DNA of 64,000 bases, from contig NC_081373.1 in assembly GCF_030684315.1 (NCBI RefSeq), positions 23,289,989 to 23,353,988 on the forward strand. The letters are read 5' to 3'. Origin of the DNA: Stegostoma tigrinum. Taxonomy: Eukaryota. A program made the translations under genes and the position numbers. Under the pieces are notes generated by a model. That model made no database searches and had not been told where the DNA came from. It saw only the letters and a list, made by a program, of their open reading frames with translations. Below are positions 1 to 13,666 of the stretch, piece after piece (positions within the stretch are counted from its first letter, which is position 1; each line of letters begins with the position of its first letter).

Positions 1-2161
1 AAAACTTGGTATAGGACTTAGGCTATTGCAATATTCAGTAACTGCTTTTTGCAGCTGTTGAAACTCATCTATTAAGAAATAGATCCAAAGAAATTTACAC
101 ATGAGTACAACAAAATAACATCTCAAAGTATATGTTACTTGTTAATACAATTCACATTCTATTCTCTATATTTTCCTCAAGACAGCTTACTAGTATGTTT
201 CGTTCACTAGGTTTTGACTTGTCTGTACTATCTGAATAAAATTATCAAAATATTTAGAACAGACAAAATTTAACTTCTAAGTTTTGGCTTACTCCAAAAG
301 ACATGTACTCCAGTGATTATCAATGTTTTCTCTTAACAAATTTCTCCTCACTTATGCTCCCTTGCCAGGAATTCAATTACCCAATTGTATTCCCTCTGTC
401 AAAAGGTGCCATTAGCTATAACCATTTACTACCACGTGATGAACATCAGAGCCAAACCCACTCTTGTCCTTATCAGATATTCATCAAAGGCATTTTCGTT
501 TGGCTATTCAGCATAAATAAGAACACAGGCTTACAACCAAAATTATGGCATTTCAGGTGTTCATCTAACTAACTGCTTGAGGGTTCCTGTCTCTACTACC
601 GTTTCTCTTTCCCTGGTTATTCTCTTGCCCCTAATATACTTAAGAAATGTCACTGGGCTTTCGTTAAATTCATCAGCCAGTGGCTTTTCGTGTCCCCTCT
701 CAGTTCTCCTAATTTCTGTTTTATGCAACCCCATTCCACTTTTGTATACTCCTCCAAGGCATCCATTGTTATGAGTCTTCAGTATCTACCGTAAGCTTCT
801 TTTCTCATTTAACCAATCCTGTATATTGTTTAACATTCAGGCTTCTGAGTTGATGTGATTTTGGCAGTGATAAGGATCAGAGGGGTAATTAAGGTACAGT
901 TCATGAGTTGTAGGAGGATCGTGAAGTATTGTGATAACTCGTGAAAGTACTGTATATGGACATCTTTTGCATGTCAAATAGGAACAGAATGTTGGAAATG
1001 TGTAATTGGAGGAGCAGGAGCACCAGGTTGAAATGGCAGCACTGGAAAAATAGAATGCAGAGTCAATAGGGACATATTGGAATGATGCGAAAACAAAATC
1101 TAAAACAATTTTCATAATCTCTCCACAGAATGAAGAGAAGGTGAAGACAGGAGAAAAGTTGTATTTCGGTTACAAGACATACAGCTAAATGAAAAGGCCA
1201 ATTCATTCTCCGGTCAAATCTTGATCAAAGTGATGAAATGGACAGTGCTATGAAGCAGCATTTGCTCAGCAATAAGCAATTCACTGACCTTTGGATTGGC
1301 TTCTACCAGTCAAGTAACCTTAGCGCAGCACTGAGTACAAACATGTACCGATAACTTCACAAATTTCAACATCATTTGTAACACTTAGATACTGAAGCAA
1401 TCCACTTCCATCTACAACCTACCTGGACAACATCCATGGTTGGGCTGATAAGAAGTAACACATTCTTGTCACACCAGTGCCTGGCAATGATTATTACTAA
1501 CATAACAGAATCTAACCAGCTCCTTTTGACTTTCAAAAGCATTATCACTGAATCCCTCATGAAAATTCCCTGGTGGTTATCATCAGCCACAGGCTGAACT
1601 GAACATGCTGTACAAAAACTTTAGCTTTGAAAACAGGTCAGAAGCTTGGAACAGCATGACAAATAATTAATCTCCTAACTCCCCAGAGTCTGTCCACCAT
1701 CCAAAAGGCACACCTCTTGGTCAAGGCACTGCCATGGGGAATTCTTCATTACCACTCACTGCTATATTCCGTTTTCAACTCTCTAAAGGAGTCTAGCTGC
1801 CTGGTCGGAGTCTAGTTGACTAAGATTGAATGTCATCACCTCCATCTCAGTGTAAGTAATAGTCTAGCCAATTAACACCTTCTTTCATAGAATGGGAACT
1901 TTATATACCAAGTTCTGTTTCTTGCATCCCAGTCCCAATAACTAAATAAAGAAAAGCTTCACTTTGTATCTTTTAGCAATACTTAAATACCGAACCATCA
2001 GGATTACATTTTTCCATTGGAACTGCCAGAAATCTCAACTTTCAGTCAGACAGAAAGCAATCGAATATGGTCATGAGCACCATCTGCACGATTGTATTAT
2101 AAGTTTTGACAAACTACTATTCTGAGAAACATCTAAATATAAATTATTTAAAATGTCTCAC

Positions 2162-2314
2162 ATCTATTAGCTAGCTGCTGACAGAAGAAGCTGCTTGGTG
2201 TTTCCACATGTGACACAATGACAGAAATTTCTTTGGCACAAAACGAAAATACAGAGTTCTGTGCAGATTCACATTTTGTAACATTGTCACTTTTCCTCTT
2301 GAGATCAACCCGCC
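2162..2314 (-). CDS. TDRD1: TDRD1 coding exon 11, start of extended Tudor 2 (GRVDLKRK...[22 protein letters not shown])
   Basis: ttttttag acceptor, T|gtgaga donor, 153 nt, phase 1 to 1. VSHVETPxxFFCQQ eTudor start. The next exon was not found in the window. Confidence 0.92.
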
Positions 2315-3409
2315 CTAAAAAATGCAGGATTATTAGCACATGATAAATAATTACAGAAGCAATGCAATCACTTATGCCAGTTAAATTACACAATGGTACT
2401 TTCAAATAATTTTGTTACCCAAGATCATTTGTTGGTATTAGAATCATTGTTCTTTGATACACATTTATATTTCATACATAAGCATGCAGAACACACTTTC
2501 AAAGTTTGCAGATTGTGGAAATGCTGCAAATAACAAGTAGTGCATAACAGACTTCAGGAGGACTTCAACACTATCTACCTATTTCATCAGTTTACACATA
2601 AGTAGGAAGTGATTTATTTTAATGAGACAACATTATAAACTAATTGGGACAAAATCACAGGTGTGAAGGAACCTGAAAAAGGGTGTTTGTATCTAAATCT
2701 TTGAAGCTAATAGGACAAGTTGAGGTGGCTGTTCAAAAAGATCTATAAACAGGCCACAATTATTTAAAAAATCTAGGCAAGTGAAGTGCCTCTCCTATGA
2801 ATAGTGAAATATACACAGATTTAATCGTGGGGTTCAAAATCATTAATGATTTTTATACAAAAAATGAAGGGAAATTGTTTTAAGAAGTCACAAGAGTGTC
2901 AGTTATTCATTGTTGGTTAACTAGTGTTAAATTAATTAGTGAAATACACAGGTGAAGGGTGTTACTCAATTATACACTCAGCACACTTCAAAGGGGCTCT
3001 TGTGGAGCAGTGGTATTGTGCCCCTTTCTGGGCTAGAAGGTACAGGCTCAAGTCCCACCTATTGCAGAGGTGCATAATTACATCTTAGGAAACAAAACCA
3101 AATCCAACTTAGCATGTGGTGCAGTGACAGAATCCCTACCTCTGAACTAGGACACCTAAATTCAAGTCCTACATTTCGTAACATGTCCTAACAAGTCTGG
3201 TATGAGACTGCTGTAGTGCTGGGTTAGTCCACTGGAGACAGACATATGTAATACCGATTCCTGATTTGCATCTCACTTCAAACTTTACCATCTTGTCTAG
3301 AATCCAATTGTCATCAAATAGAAGACAGATATTGAAAGAAACCAGCATACAAACCCAAGGAATAACAGTTCTTTTGAAATTAAAAATAATATAGACTGGA
3401 ACCTCCTTC

Positions 3410-5800
3410 ATGCAAATAGTTTGGATGGAACAGATTTTGTCAGGCGTGTCCAGGAAGGATTTCTAACTCAATATGTAGATAGGCTGACTAGAAGGGAGGC
3501 CATACTGGATTTGGCGCTCGGGAAGGAACGAGGCAAGGGGTCAGATCTCTCGGTGGGAGAGCATTTTGGTGATAGTGAACACAATTCCCTGACCTTTACT
3601 GTCATCACAGAGAGGGATAGCAGCAGACAGTATGGGAAAGTATTTAATTGGGGGAGGGGGAATTACAATGCTATTAGGCAAGAACTATGGAGCACCAACT
3701 GGGGAATCAGACGTTCTCAGGGAAATGCATAACAGAAATGTGGAGGTTGTTAGAGAGTACTTGCTACGAGTACTGGATAGGTTTGTCCCACTGAGGCAAG
3801 TAAGGGATGGTAAGGTCAAGGAACCTTGGATGACAAGACATGTAGAACATCAAGTTAAGAGAAAGAAGGAAGCTTACTTAAGGTTGAGTAAACAAGGATC
3901 AGACAGGGCTCTAGAGAGCTACAAGGTGGCCAAGAAGGAGCTGAAGAATGGACTTAGGAGAGTTCGAAGGGCGTTTGAAAAAGCCTTGATGAGTAGGATT
4001 TAGGAAAACCCCAAGACATTCTATACTTACGAGGAGCAAGAGGATGGCCAGAGTGAGGGTAGGGCCGATCAGGGATTGCAAAGGGAACTTATGTATGGAG
4101 TCAGAGGAAGTAGGGGAGGTCCTTAATGAATACTTTGCTTCAGTATTCACCTGTGAGCAAGACTTTGACATTTGTGAGGATAGCATAAAACAGGTGGATA
4201 TGCTTGAACAGGTTGATGTTAGGAAGGAGCATGTGCTAGAAATTTTAAAAACCACGAGGATACATATGACTCCTGGTCCAGACAGGGTATACCCAAGGTT
4301 ACTACGGGAAATGCAGGAAGAGATTGCTGCACATTTGGCGATGATCTTTGCGTCCTCACTATCCACTGGAGTAGTACCAGATGATTGGAGGGTCGTGAAA
4401 TATTATTGCTTTGTTCAAGAAAGGGAATAGGGATAATCCTGAAAATTACAGACCAGGCAGTCTTACTTCTGTGGTGGGCAAATTATTGGAGAGGATTCTG
4501 AGAGACAGTATTTATGATTATTTGGAAAAGCACAGTTTGATTAGAAATAGTCAGCATGGCTTTGAGAGGGGCAGGTCATGCCTCACAAGCCTTACTGAAT
4601 TCTTTGAGGATGTGACAAAACGTATTTATGAAGGTATAGCAGTGGGTGTGGTGTATGTGGATTTTAGCAAGGCATATGATAAGGTTCCCCATGGTAGGCT
4701 CATTCAGAAAGTGAGGTGGTCTGGGATTCAGGGAGATTTGGCTGTCTGGATACAGAATTGGCTTGTAGTAAATGGAAAGTATTCAGACTGGAGCTCAGTA
4801 ACCAGTGCTGTTCCGCAGGGATCTGTTCTGGGACCTCTGCTCTTCGTGATCTTTATAAATGACTTGGATGAGGAAGAGGAAGGGGGAGTTAGTAAATCTG
4901 TCCGTGATGTGAAGGTTGGTGGAGTTGTGAGTCGTGCAGAAGCCTGTTGTACGTTGCAACTGGACACTGACAGGATGTAGAGTTGGGCAAAGAAGTGGCA
5001 GATGGATTTCAACCCAGAAAAAAAGTGCAAAATGATTCACTTTGGAAGGTCGAATTTGAATGCGGAATACAAAATTAATGGCAGGATTCTTGGCAGTGTG
5101 GAGGAACAGAGGTTCACGTCATGGGTCCAGATTTTGGGGCCCATGTCCATAGATTGCTCAAAGTTGCTACTCAAGTTGATAGGATTGTTAAGAAAGCATA
5201 TGGTGTAATTGGCTTTCATTGGCGGGGGCGTGAGTTTAAGAGCCGCGAGGTTATGTTACAGTTCTATAAAACCCTGGTTAAATCACACATGTAATATTGT
5301 GTTATTCTGGTCAGCTCATAACAGGAAGGATTTGGAAGCTTTAGAGAGAGTGCAGGGGAGATTTACCAGGATGCTGCCTGGGCTGGAGGGCAGGTCTTAT
5401 GAGGAAAGGTTGAGGAAGCTCAGGCTTTTTTCCTTTGGAGCAAAGGCAGATGACAGGTGACTTCATAGAAGTGTAGATGACGATGAGGCATAGATAGAGT
5501 GGATACCCAGAGACATTTTCCCACGGTGGAAATGACAATTACAAGGGGGCATAATTTTGAGGCTACTGGCGGAAGGTTATAGGGGAGATGTCAGGTAGAT
5601 TCTTTACAGAGTGGTGGCTGAGAAGAACGCTCCCGATGGTGGTAGCGGAATCAGATACATTAGGGACCATTTAACTGACTCTTGAAATAGGCACATGGAT
5701 AATAGTAAAATATAGGGTAAGGAGGGTAGTTTGATCTTAAGAGTAGATTAACAGGTTGGCACAATATCAGGAGCCAAACGGCCCTTTACTGTTCCAAATT
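3410..5800 (+). mobile_element. CR1-clade LINE, 5'-truncated and frameshifted (endonuclease C-terminus, RT, 3' UTR)
   Basis: ORF fragments with [43 protein letters not shown] and ERVQGRFTRM motifs. Confidence 0.93.
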
Positions 5801-6052
5801 CCAACATATACAAGCTTATGATCTAGAATGTACAACCTGAAAAGGGCAGTGGAAGATTTAATCCCAATCCTAGAATATTTTCCCTTCAAGAAATGATTTC
5901 ATATTCCTTTGAAGGGTTATGGGGGATGGGACCCATAGAATGTCTCTTTCAAAAAGCCAGCATAAACGTAATGCGCCAGATGATCTTCTCTTTCAGCCCA
6001 ACATTCCACAGTAGCTGCTAAAATTCCAACATTATAAATTCTGTATTCTTAC

Positions 6053-6133
6053 CAGGATTTCTTTCCGTGACAGTTTCATCTCCTTGAATTAAAGCATAGC
6101 CTTTTTCTAAAATGTACTTTTGTAACAACTGCC
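6053..6133 (-). CDS. TDRD1: TDRD1 coding exon 10 ([27 protein letters not shown])
   Basis: tacag acceptor, G|gtaaga donor, 81 nt, after a 106-nt intron. LxxxGYA motif ends eTudor 1. Confidence 0.92.
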
Positions 6134-6239
6134 CTGTAATATAATAATTGAAGTGAAAAGATGTTGTACAAATGCACTTCAATTAAAATTAAATAAAACT
6201 AAGGTGAAGATGAAGCATATACAGAGCAAATAAGATTAC

Positions 6240-6402
6240 CAGACGGCATTATGATCTCCACAGGACAACATGACACATTATTTGGCTTCCCCAAGATGGT
6301 CATGGAGCAAGATTTCTGTAGAATCTGAAGCCTAACCAATCTGATGCTTTCTTCATCCCAACTACTGTGCTGCAAGACATTTGCAACACAACACTTCATT
6401 GC
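6240..6402 (-). CDS. TDRD1: TDRD1 coding exon 9 ([22 protein letters not shown]...VEIIMPS)
   Basis: cttctag acceptor, G|gtaatc donor, 163 nt, phase 0 to 1. A-x-K-C-x-x-A-x-V...W motif of the eTudor SN-like part. Confidence 0.93.
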
Positions 6403-7340
6403 CTAGAAGCGAAGAAGTGGATTTTGCAAACAGTTACACATTTTAACAAACAAAATAAATCACAAATAAGATACTTCAAATCTTCTTAGGTTTTATAATC
6501 TCACTATTTGTGGATCAGTGTAAATCCTCAAATAACTATTATTCAATTGTCAACCTCAAAAACAAAACATTTTACTACAAGAATCATTTAGTACTTACAA
6601 CAGCCTACTTCCAGGAAGTGAGATTGCCAAATAACAGTTGAGCTATAACATTCCTCTAATGTGCAAAATAACAATACAAATATCATTTTAAAATTTCAGC
6701 AAAAACGAATATCTATTCAACAGTAGTGAATAAACCTCATTACCATACTTAAACATTGCTATCCTCTCTTGGATTTGTGAAAGTACCATAAGTGACTTCA
6801 AAAATGAAACAATGTGCCAATTAGTATTAAAAATTAAATATAGGCTTAAAAACGAAGGACACCCTAATTTTTTTTGATACAAGTGAAATTTGTTGTTAAG
6901 AGAAGGCAAGGAGTTGGACAGCAAGACACAAAGGAAAAGGGCGACAAAAGTTCATACTTTAAGTTCAAAGCGCAGAGGAATAGTTTAACAGAAATGAAAT
7001 ACAGGAAAAGCCTTTTAACAATGAACCTAAACAGCACATGTTTGGGCATCATCAACTAGAGGATAGAAATAAGCAGAAGTGCACAGCGACCTCAACATGC
7101 TGTGGAAGTGAAAGATAGATGTGGTTACAGCAGAAGTTTGTACTGATGGTATAATGGCGTGGGCATGAAATAGAAGGTGAATAACTTGCTCAGTTTGGCT
7201 ATCTGATGTCATAAAACAGGAAGTTTCATGGCTTAAAAGTCACAAAATATGACTGATATAAATTTTAAGCTCAAAAAGCTAATCTCAACGATGCATAGAA
7301 AACAGTGACTCTAAGTTAGTTGGCATTTCAGAAAACTTAC

Positions 7341-7484
7341 ACAAGGTGGCAAAACAGCCATCTCTGGGTCCAATGGCCGAATTTTATTCAGTGGGACAGC
7401 TTCCTGATTTCCGTAGTCAATGTATAAAACTTGTGCCTTTTTTTGAGCCGCGTTTACATCATGAACTAATGCACGATACCATTT
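7341..7484 (-). CDS. TDRD1: TDRD1 coding exon 8, Tudor 1 core ([48 protein letters not shown])
   Basis: ttcctctag acceptor, gtaagt donor, 144 nt, phase 0. WYRA and YIDYGN Tudor motifs. Absent from the ORF track. Confidence 0.97.
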
Positions 7485-9347
7485 CTAGAGGAATACACGG
7501 GTGAGAAACAAATTACATTATATCCTCGTTAGAGGGTATATAATTAGTTTTCCCATATCAACCTTTTTCCCTCCATTTTTGCTGAAAAACTAGGTAGCAA
7601 AAAAGTTCAAGTAAATACATCCAAACGACAAAGGCAAAGATTTTTGATGCGCACATTAGACAATTTTGAGACACAGCTAGAGCTACAAGGCCTCAATATG
7701 GAGAGTTGGAGCTGCATAGAATTTTTGGTTGCTCATAACTTACCTGCCATATTGGACATGGACAGAAACCATGTGCCTTACCCAAAATAGAAATAAGCAG
7801 AAAACCATTTATACTTGCAATTTGAAGCTGCACTGTGCAGTTCAAGCTTTTTTTTCAAAAAGGTTACCTTTTAACATCCACATGCACTCAAGGTGTAACA
7901 GGTTTTTAGGCCTTAAAAAAAACCCCACCAGTAATTTACTGTAATAATCATTGAAAGAAAAGCTTCATCACTTCCCCAAGCTATTACTGTCACTTGCAAT
8001 CCCAGTGCCCCACTCCTAGTCTTGAATGAGAGAATTGGAAGAATAAATGTTTCTTTCTCTGCTACAGCTTGCTACATCTACATAATGCACGGGCACCACC
8101 TAATGGGAGGAATAGAAAGTACAGTGTAATTCGTACCTTATAATGAGCTCTCAGGCCCAGGTTATCCAATTGTTATACAAGGAAGACCAATTCAGGAATG
8201 TTCTCAGCTAACAGTGGAATAATCAACAGAGAAACTACGCCCCTTTTTTCAGCACTAAGTGCTACATTCTGCGGTTTAAATGTACTGCAGTCATTCTGAA
8301 AGCTACTGAGAGATGGCAAGTATACAAGCCAAGCATGGGGACAAGATGCTAGGTGAGTGAGGGAGGTAGACTCTGCAGGTAAATGAATGAGGGGTTAGGG
8401 TGGCAGGTAAGCGGATGAACAATCAGGGGAAGCTTGAGGGCGGGGGTAGGTGTCTAGCAGGATGAGGAAATGAGTGAGCTGTGGGTTCAATTTAATAATT
8501 TTTTAGGAATTAGAGCTGGTTTTAATAATGTAACCTTTTCTTGGTAATTATTAAGCTTAAGTGAGACAAAATCTCAATTTAATTCAGGAGTGGGGAACAT
8601 TGTCAGATGGTTCCAGACGACGTGTGTTGCTAAGGAAGTTTAAATTTCTGGGCAATTCCCAGATTCAGTTCTGTAGGGGTTTCCACATAGCTGATGCACA
8701 ACTCCAAAGTATACTGCTGCAACAACTATCTGCCCATCACAATTTCAGAGCCTTTAGTTTAAAAATCCCTTAAATCCTCATCGAAAAAAAAGCTGTTGAG
8801 ATATCATATTGTTTTGCATGCAATTTGCATAGCTCATCTTGGAAATTCTAATCTGACAAAGTGGCTGGAAAAGTATTGTGATCATTGTCTACTCACTTCT
8901 AGAAGTGTCAGCAGCGCAGATATTGGGACAATAACAGTTGGCTATAATATTTCTGCAGTTAAACTTCATTGGCCAAATTCACAAATAAGTGAAACTCCAC
9001 TAGGAGTCACAGATCCACAGTATCACGAATATACCATTCAGAAAAGGGATACCAACAGTAAAATAAAACTCAACTCCATCTAAATTTCTGAACATACCTT
9101 AATCTATACAAAGGTAAAACCATACTTTCTGAAATTGCTATTCTTCTTACCCACAATTGTTTTATTACCCAAGTTACCCATACAGTTCACCCTCACCACC
9201 TCAACTCAATTTCAACTGAAGAGCTGAACAGAATATCCTGATTTAACAGCATTATTACAATTAATAAATACACAAGTTTTACAACTGGCTGCCAACATGA
9301 AACAGTAGCTCCATATGGTATCAGTTTAACTACAGCACTCTTTTTAC

Positions 9348-9530
9348 CTGATCCTCTGAAAATTTGGCCACACATATTTCCCCTTTATCAGGGATATATT
9401 CATCCATGTTATTCACATTTGAGAGAGCCTTCTTCAATGATAATTCAAGTTTTCTCAAGATCTCAAAGTTTTCCGAAGTGAGGATTTGAACGTGGAACTC
9501 ACTCGGGTCTTTGAAATCTGTAACAACCAC
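9348..9530 (-). CDS. TDRD1: TDRD1 coding exon 7, extended Tudor 1 N-terminal part ([17 protein letters not shown]...[13 protein letters not shown])
   Basis: ttttcag acceptor, CAG|gtaaaa donor, 183 nt. Typical eTudor V-T-x-x-x-x-P-x-x-F-x-V-Q and P-x-x-G-x-x-C-x-A-x-F motifs. Confidence 0.95.
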
Positions 9531-9639
9531 CTGAAAATATCAAAATTTGTGAAACTTGACCATAAATCACAAGTGGCAGTCAGAAACTTTAAGTTCAGTA
9601 AACAATAAAAACTTAAAATAAAGGATGCAGTTAGAAATA

Positions 9640-10330
9640 AGAACTATAAGCAGAAGGACAGAGTTCAGCCCCTCAAGCATCGCCATTTGAGATAATCATG
9701 GCTGACCTCATCTCATTCTGAACTCCACTTTCCTGCCTGGTCTCCTAACCGTTTAAAATTAAAGGCTTTAAAGTAAAAATCTGTAGGTCTCTTCCTTAAA
9801 TTTACTCAATGGTCCAACATTCTGGTGTACTGAGTTCCACAGATGCACAGCCATTGCAGAGGTCATTTCTCCTAATCTACTTTAAATCTGCTATTCCTTA
9901 TGTTAAAACTATGGCTTCACATTCGAGACTGCCCAAGGAAACAGACCTCATTTAAACCTCCTCTCATTCTTCTAAACCCCAGAGAGTACAGATCCAAATT
10001 GCTTAATCTCTCTTCACAAGATAAATCCCTCACCTCTGGAATCAATCTCGTGAATATCCTCAGAACTGCCTCCAATACAACAACATCCCTCAAGTAGGGG
10101 ACTAAAACTGTTCGTACTACTCCAGGTGTGGTCTCACTACTGTCTTTTTCTTTAAATGTCTGGTACAGTTGCAGCAACACCTCCCTACTTCTATACTCTA
10201 GACATTTAATGCTAAGTACCAAAATTCCTTTTGCCTTCCATATTACCTCCTGTATCTGTAAGCTAGTTTTCTGCAGCTCATGCTCGAGGACACCCAAATC
10301 CTTCTGCAGCAAGACTCTGAAGTTTCTCTG
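9640..10330 (-). mobile_element. Old CR1 LINE 3' fragment
   Basis: LEAVLRIFTRLIP...EERLSNLDLYSL..RRMRGGL in ORF 9917-10333. Confidence 0.85.
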
Positions 10331-10649
10331 CATTTCAATATTAAGTTGTCTTTCTTTTCCTCAAAAATGAATGACTGAACCAAAATGATCCAATTTTCAT
10401 GATTTTTTTGTTTACAAAAGGGGCAGAGCACAAGAACAATGCTAACAGAGATGGAACTATATCATATTTGTCACATCATAGAAACCAAGCAAGGGGGAAG
10501 TAATTCATTGACTTTAGTGTTGTAATATTCCCACCTTGAGTTTTAAACAACACTTTGAAGATTAGTAACATTTATTTTCCAGTTGATTTATAACAAGTCT
10601 TGCCGAGCATATGAAGTATTTCTATTTAGTATGATGCAAAGTAGACACC

Positions 10650-11300
10650 TTGTCATACCATGGTAGAATTCAAGTTACAGACTGGTAGAAACTCTCTCAG
10701 TTGATTTTCTGCAGTCTTGCCAGCACCTGAAAACTTTAGGCTGTATGTGCTAAATCAAAAACCCACTGCGTTTAATCTTTCCTGTGTAGATCAGTTAAGA
10801 AGTGACTTATCTTACCCAATTCCTGTAATTTGTCTGTGCAACAGTTCATCTACAGGATGTGCATCAGTATTAGTGCACACCATCAGATTCCAAATACCGC
10901 CTGAAGTACAGCAGTGGGAGTAAAATAAATGAAGGCCCATGAAGCTCTGGTTTACAGAAAATATTAAGTACAATATGCAGCGATTCTACTTTAGTGAAGA
11001 GGAAATTTGTACATTTATGGGTATCACACAAAGCAGCACCTGCATGTTATTATGAACTTGGCACCAATTTACAGATGACAGCACAACTCTTCAAACAATC
11101 TCCGAGGCTTAGATCTTCCAGGTCAGGGGGAGTGCTGAGCACAGTGAAGAAAACTGCTGGCAATAACAATCTGATGATACTACCTACTTTCAGATGCATA
11201 GCTTGCTTTTGGAAGAGGCAGAAACAGATCAGCGCAGCCTAGAATAAGCATAGAAATGATAATTCCTTGTACATAACAGGAACTGTTATTTTCAGGTAAG
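10650..11300 (+). mobile_element. Possible highly degenerate Harbinger transposase fossil
   Basis: Weak collinear matches only (VKRKFVH resembling VNRKGFH; GLQKILSTI resembling GFPxVxGAI). Confidence 0.3.
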
Positions 11301-11989
11301 TTTTCAAGTGTCCCAAGTTTTTAAATGAAGATGCAGATATCTAGCCCAAATATCCATCCTAAGCCTGGAGCTGGAGACATTCACTTTCATGAAGGGTCCC
11401 AAGTAGCAAACAATCAGCCAATTAGAAATTAACACGTACAACATTTAAATCTAAAACCTTACAAACAGAATACACATTAAAGCTGCCTTGCCTGAAAACC
11501 ACATTGACTAGAAGATCAGTGATATCCAGGGCTACCAATTGTCAATCTATAAAAGATGTTGGATATGAAGTAAACACTGCAGCTCAGACTGGGTGTTTTC
11601 ATTAGTACTTTTGATAATGACTTAACAGGGCAACCCTTAAGGGGTAGGCAGGTCTATTGAAAGCACCAAACATGAAATTTCCAAGTGCTGCTGTGGGCTG
11701 TTGTCATAATTATTGCCAACTGCTGCCAAGCTACTGACTGTGACTTAAGATGGGATATATTCAAGTTTGAAATTTATTATCAAGGTAGGAAAGGAAAAGA
11801 GCCAACTGCTGGAATCCCACAAATTGTCATTACTCATCTCAGACCCCTCTTGAATCACTGAACATTTCCTTTCCTAAAAGAGAGAGAAAAAAGTGATACT
11901 TAGGAACTAGTGGCTGCATTCTCTGTTCTGCCGTCAATTCTACACAGTCCATCACACTGCACATGGTTTGAACACAGAATTAACAACAT

Positions 11990-12450
11990 TACCCTACAGT
12001 TATATTGGGCATTGATGAGACTGCATCTCGATCCGATGCAGTTTTGGTCAGCTTATTTAAGACTAGATGTAAATGCACTGTAGTTCAAAATAGGCTAATT
12101 AGGTTGACACCTGGAATGGGCATGTTGTCTTGAAAACAGATAGGTCAGGCTGGGCTGGTTTCTGCTGTTTAGAAGAGTGAGGGGTGAGTTGATTGAATCA
12201 TATAAAGGACCAGAATAGTTTTGACAACATGCATGTGGAGAGATGCTTCCACTGGTGGGACAGTCTTTTAAAATTAGGAGTCATCCATCTAGAATAAAGA
12301 TGGAGGGAGATTTTTTGCTACAATATGTTTGTGCAGCTTTGGAATGGTCAGCTATTGAAAGTCAACGGAGGTAGAATTGTTGAAAATTTTAAAGACAGAG
12401 GTGGGGCAGATTCTTGTTTGGTTGGAAAATCATGAGTTATGAGGGTGAGG
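11990..12450 (+). mobile_element. Old CR1 LINE 3' fragment
   Basis: Degenerate similarity to the other CR1 C-termini in the window (ttagaagagtgaggggtgagttgattgaa). Confidence 0.65.
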
Positions 12451-13324
12451 GAAGGTTTGTTTGTCCTCCTTTTTTGTATGGTCCCGAGGCTTTTCTACAT
12501 CCTGCAAAAATGATAGAGAATAGTAATGATTGGTTTCTGCTCTAGATCTGTAGACTCAAAGGGCTACCTGAACTCATGTCATAACTGTTACAGATAGCAG
12601 ACTAAGAAAATTTTATATCAGCCAAAGGTGAAATTACAGAACTTGCATCAACACGATTGAAAACAGGGTTTTTCGAACCAAGCAACAATTACGCAGTTGA
12701 AACAATTCTTGGGCACTAAGGTATAAAAGTGCAAAAGCAACATAACACTTTATTGCAGATGTGCAAGCCACAAGGTTTGTTTAAAATACTGTTTACTGGA
12801 ACATCTAAGAAATTCCTACTGGATGAGTGATGCTTAGCATCCACTTGGATCCTGTACATGTGCTGATCAGACTCAATGATTGTTATTTGCACAACCAAAA
12901 ACAATATACTCCTTCGAGGGGAGGTATCCCAGGCTGTGAAGCCAATTGTTACATAAAAGATTTTTTCCTCCTTTTGGATGGGGTGAATGTTTGGGATCTG
13001 GAGGATCTGGGTATAACTGCAGCTTCCCCATTTCTTAATTAAGTTACACGATGATGGCTATCCTGTGTCACTGTTGAAATGTCCTGAAGCGGAGTCCTTA
13101 ATAGTATCAAGTCTTGTTGTAGGTGGTACTGGGTGCAACGTAACCAGAATAGTATAGTTAGAACAGCACTTGAAACTCTGTATTGTTAGACATGTCCCTT
13201 GGTTTACCAACAGAGATTAGTTTCTCATCGCTGTAAAGGCTGCTTGGCATTTGAACGAAAGGCTGTGTGTTGTGTTGGTTTAAAATTCTCCACCGCAACA
13301 AAACAAAATTTCTCTCTTCCATTT

Positions 13325-13666
13325 TTTGCAGCAGCAGCAGCTGGAGCAAGAGCAGTGAAAGTGAAGACCAGGGGCCTGCCAGGAGGTAAGTTCTTCATTT
13401 TGGCAGCAGAGCTGAGTGGGAGCAGTCGAATTGAGCTCTTAGAACATGAGTGAACAGATATATTTGGGTAGTGGCTAAACCAGAGACCTACTGTAGCGTT
13501 TCCCATCTGCCCTTCTTCTCTGACCAAAAAAACGACTCTGGTGTGTTGATAAGTTAAGTGTTTTTCCTTTTTTTAAAAAATCGTGTGCTGGTAAGTAGAG
13601 TGATTTGGTACAAATTTTTGTCATTTCATTTATCTAGTATTTGATATTTTAGCAAGACTAAGTTAA
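13325..13666 (+). mobile_element. Probable 5' UTR of the host CR1 element that resumes at 15207
   Basis: Removing the nested insert gives actaagttaaaaATGGCAAGA, joining this GC-richer leader to ORF1. Left boundary approximate. Confidence 0.55.

Noticed and set aside
290-420. Candidate next TDRD1 exon (donor gtaagc near 290)
   Set aside because: Stop codon in the required phase and no Tudor-2 motif. The next exon is probably outside the window.
2990-3200. Two tRNA-like stretches, and other SINE heads, as tRNA genes
   Set aside because: Degenerate A/B boxes without a cloverleaf; they look like SINE heads.
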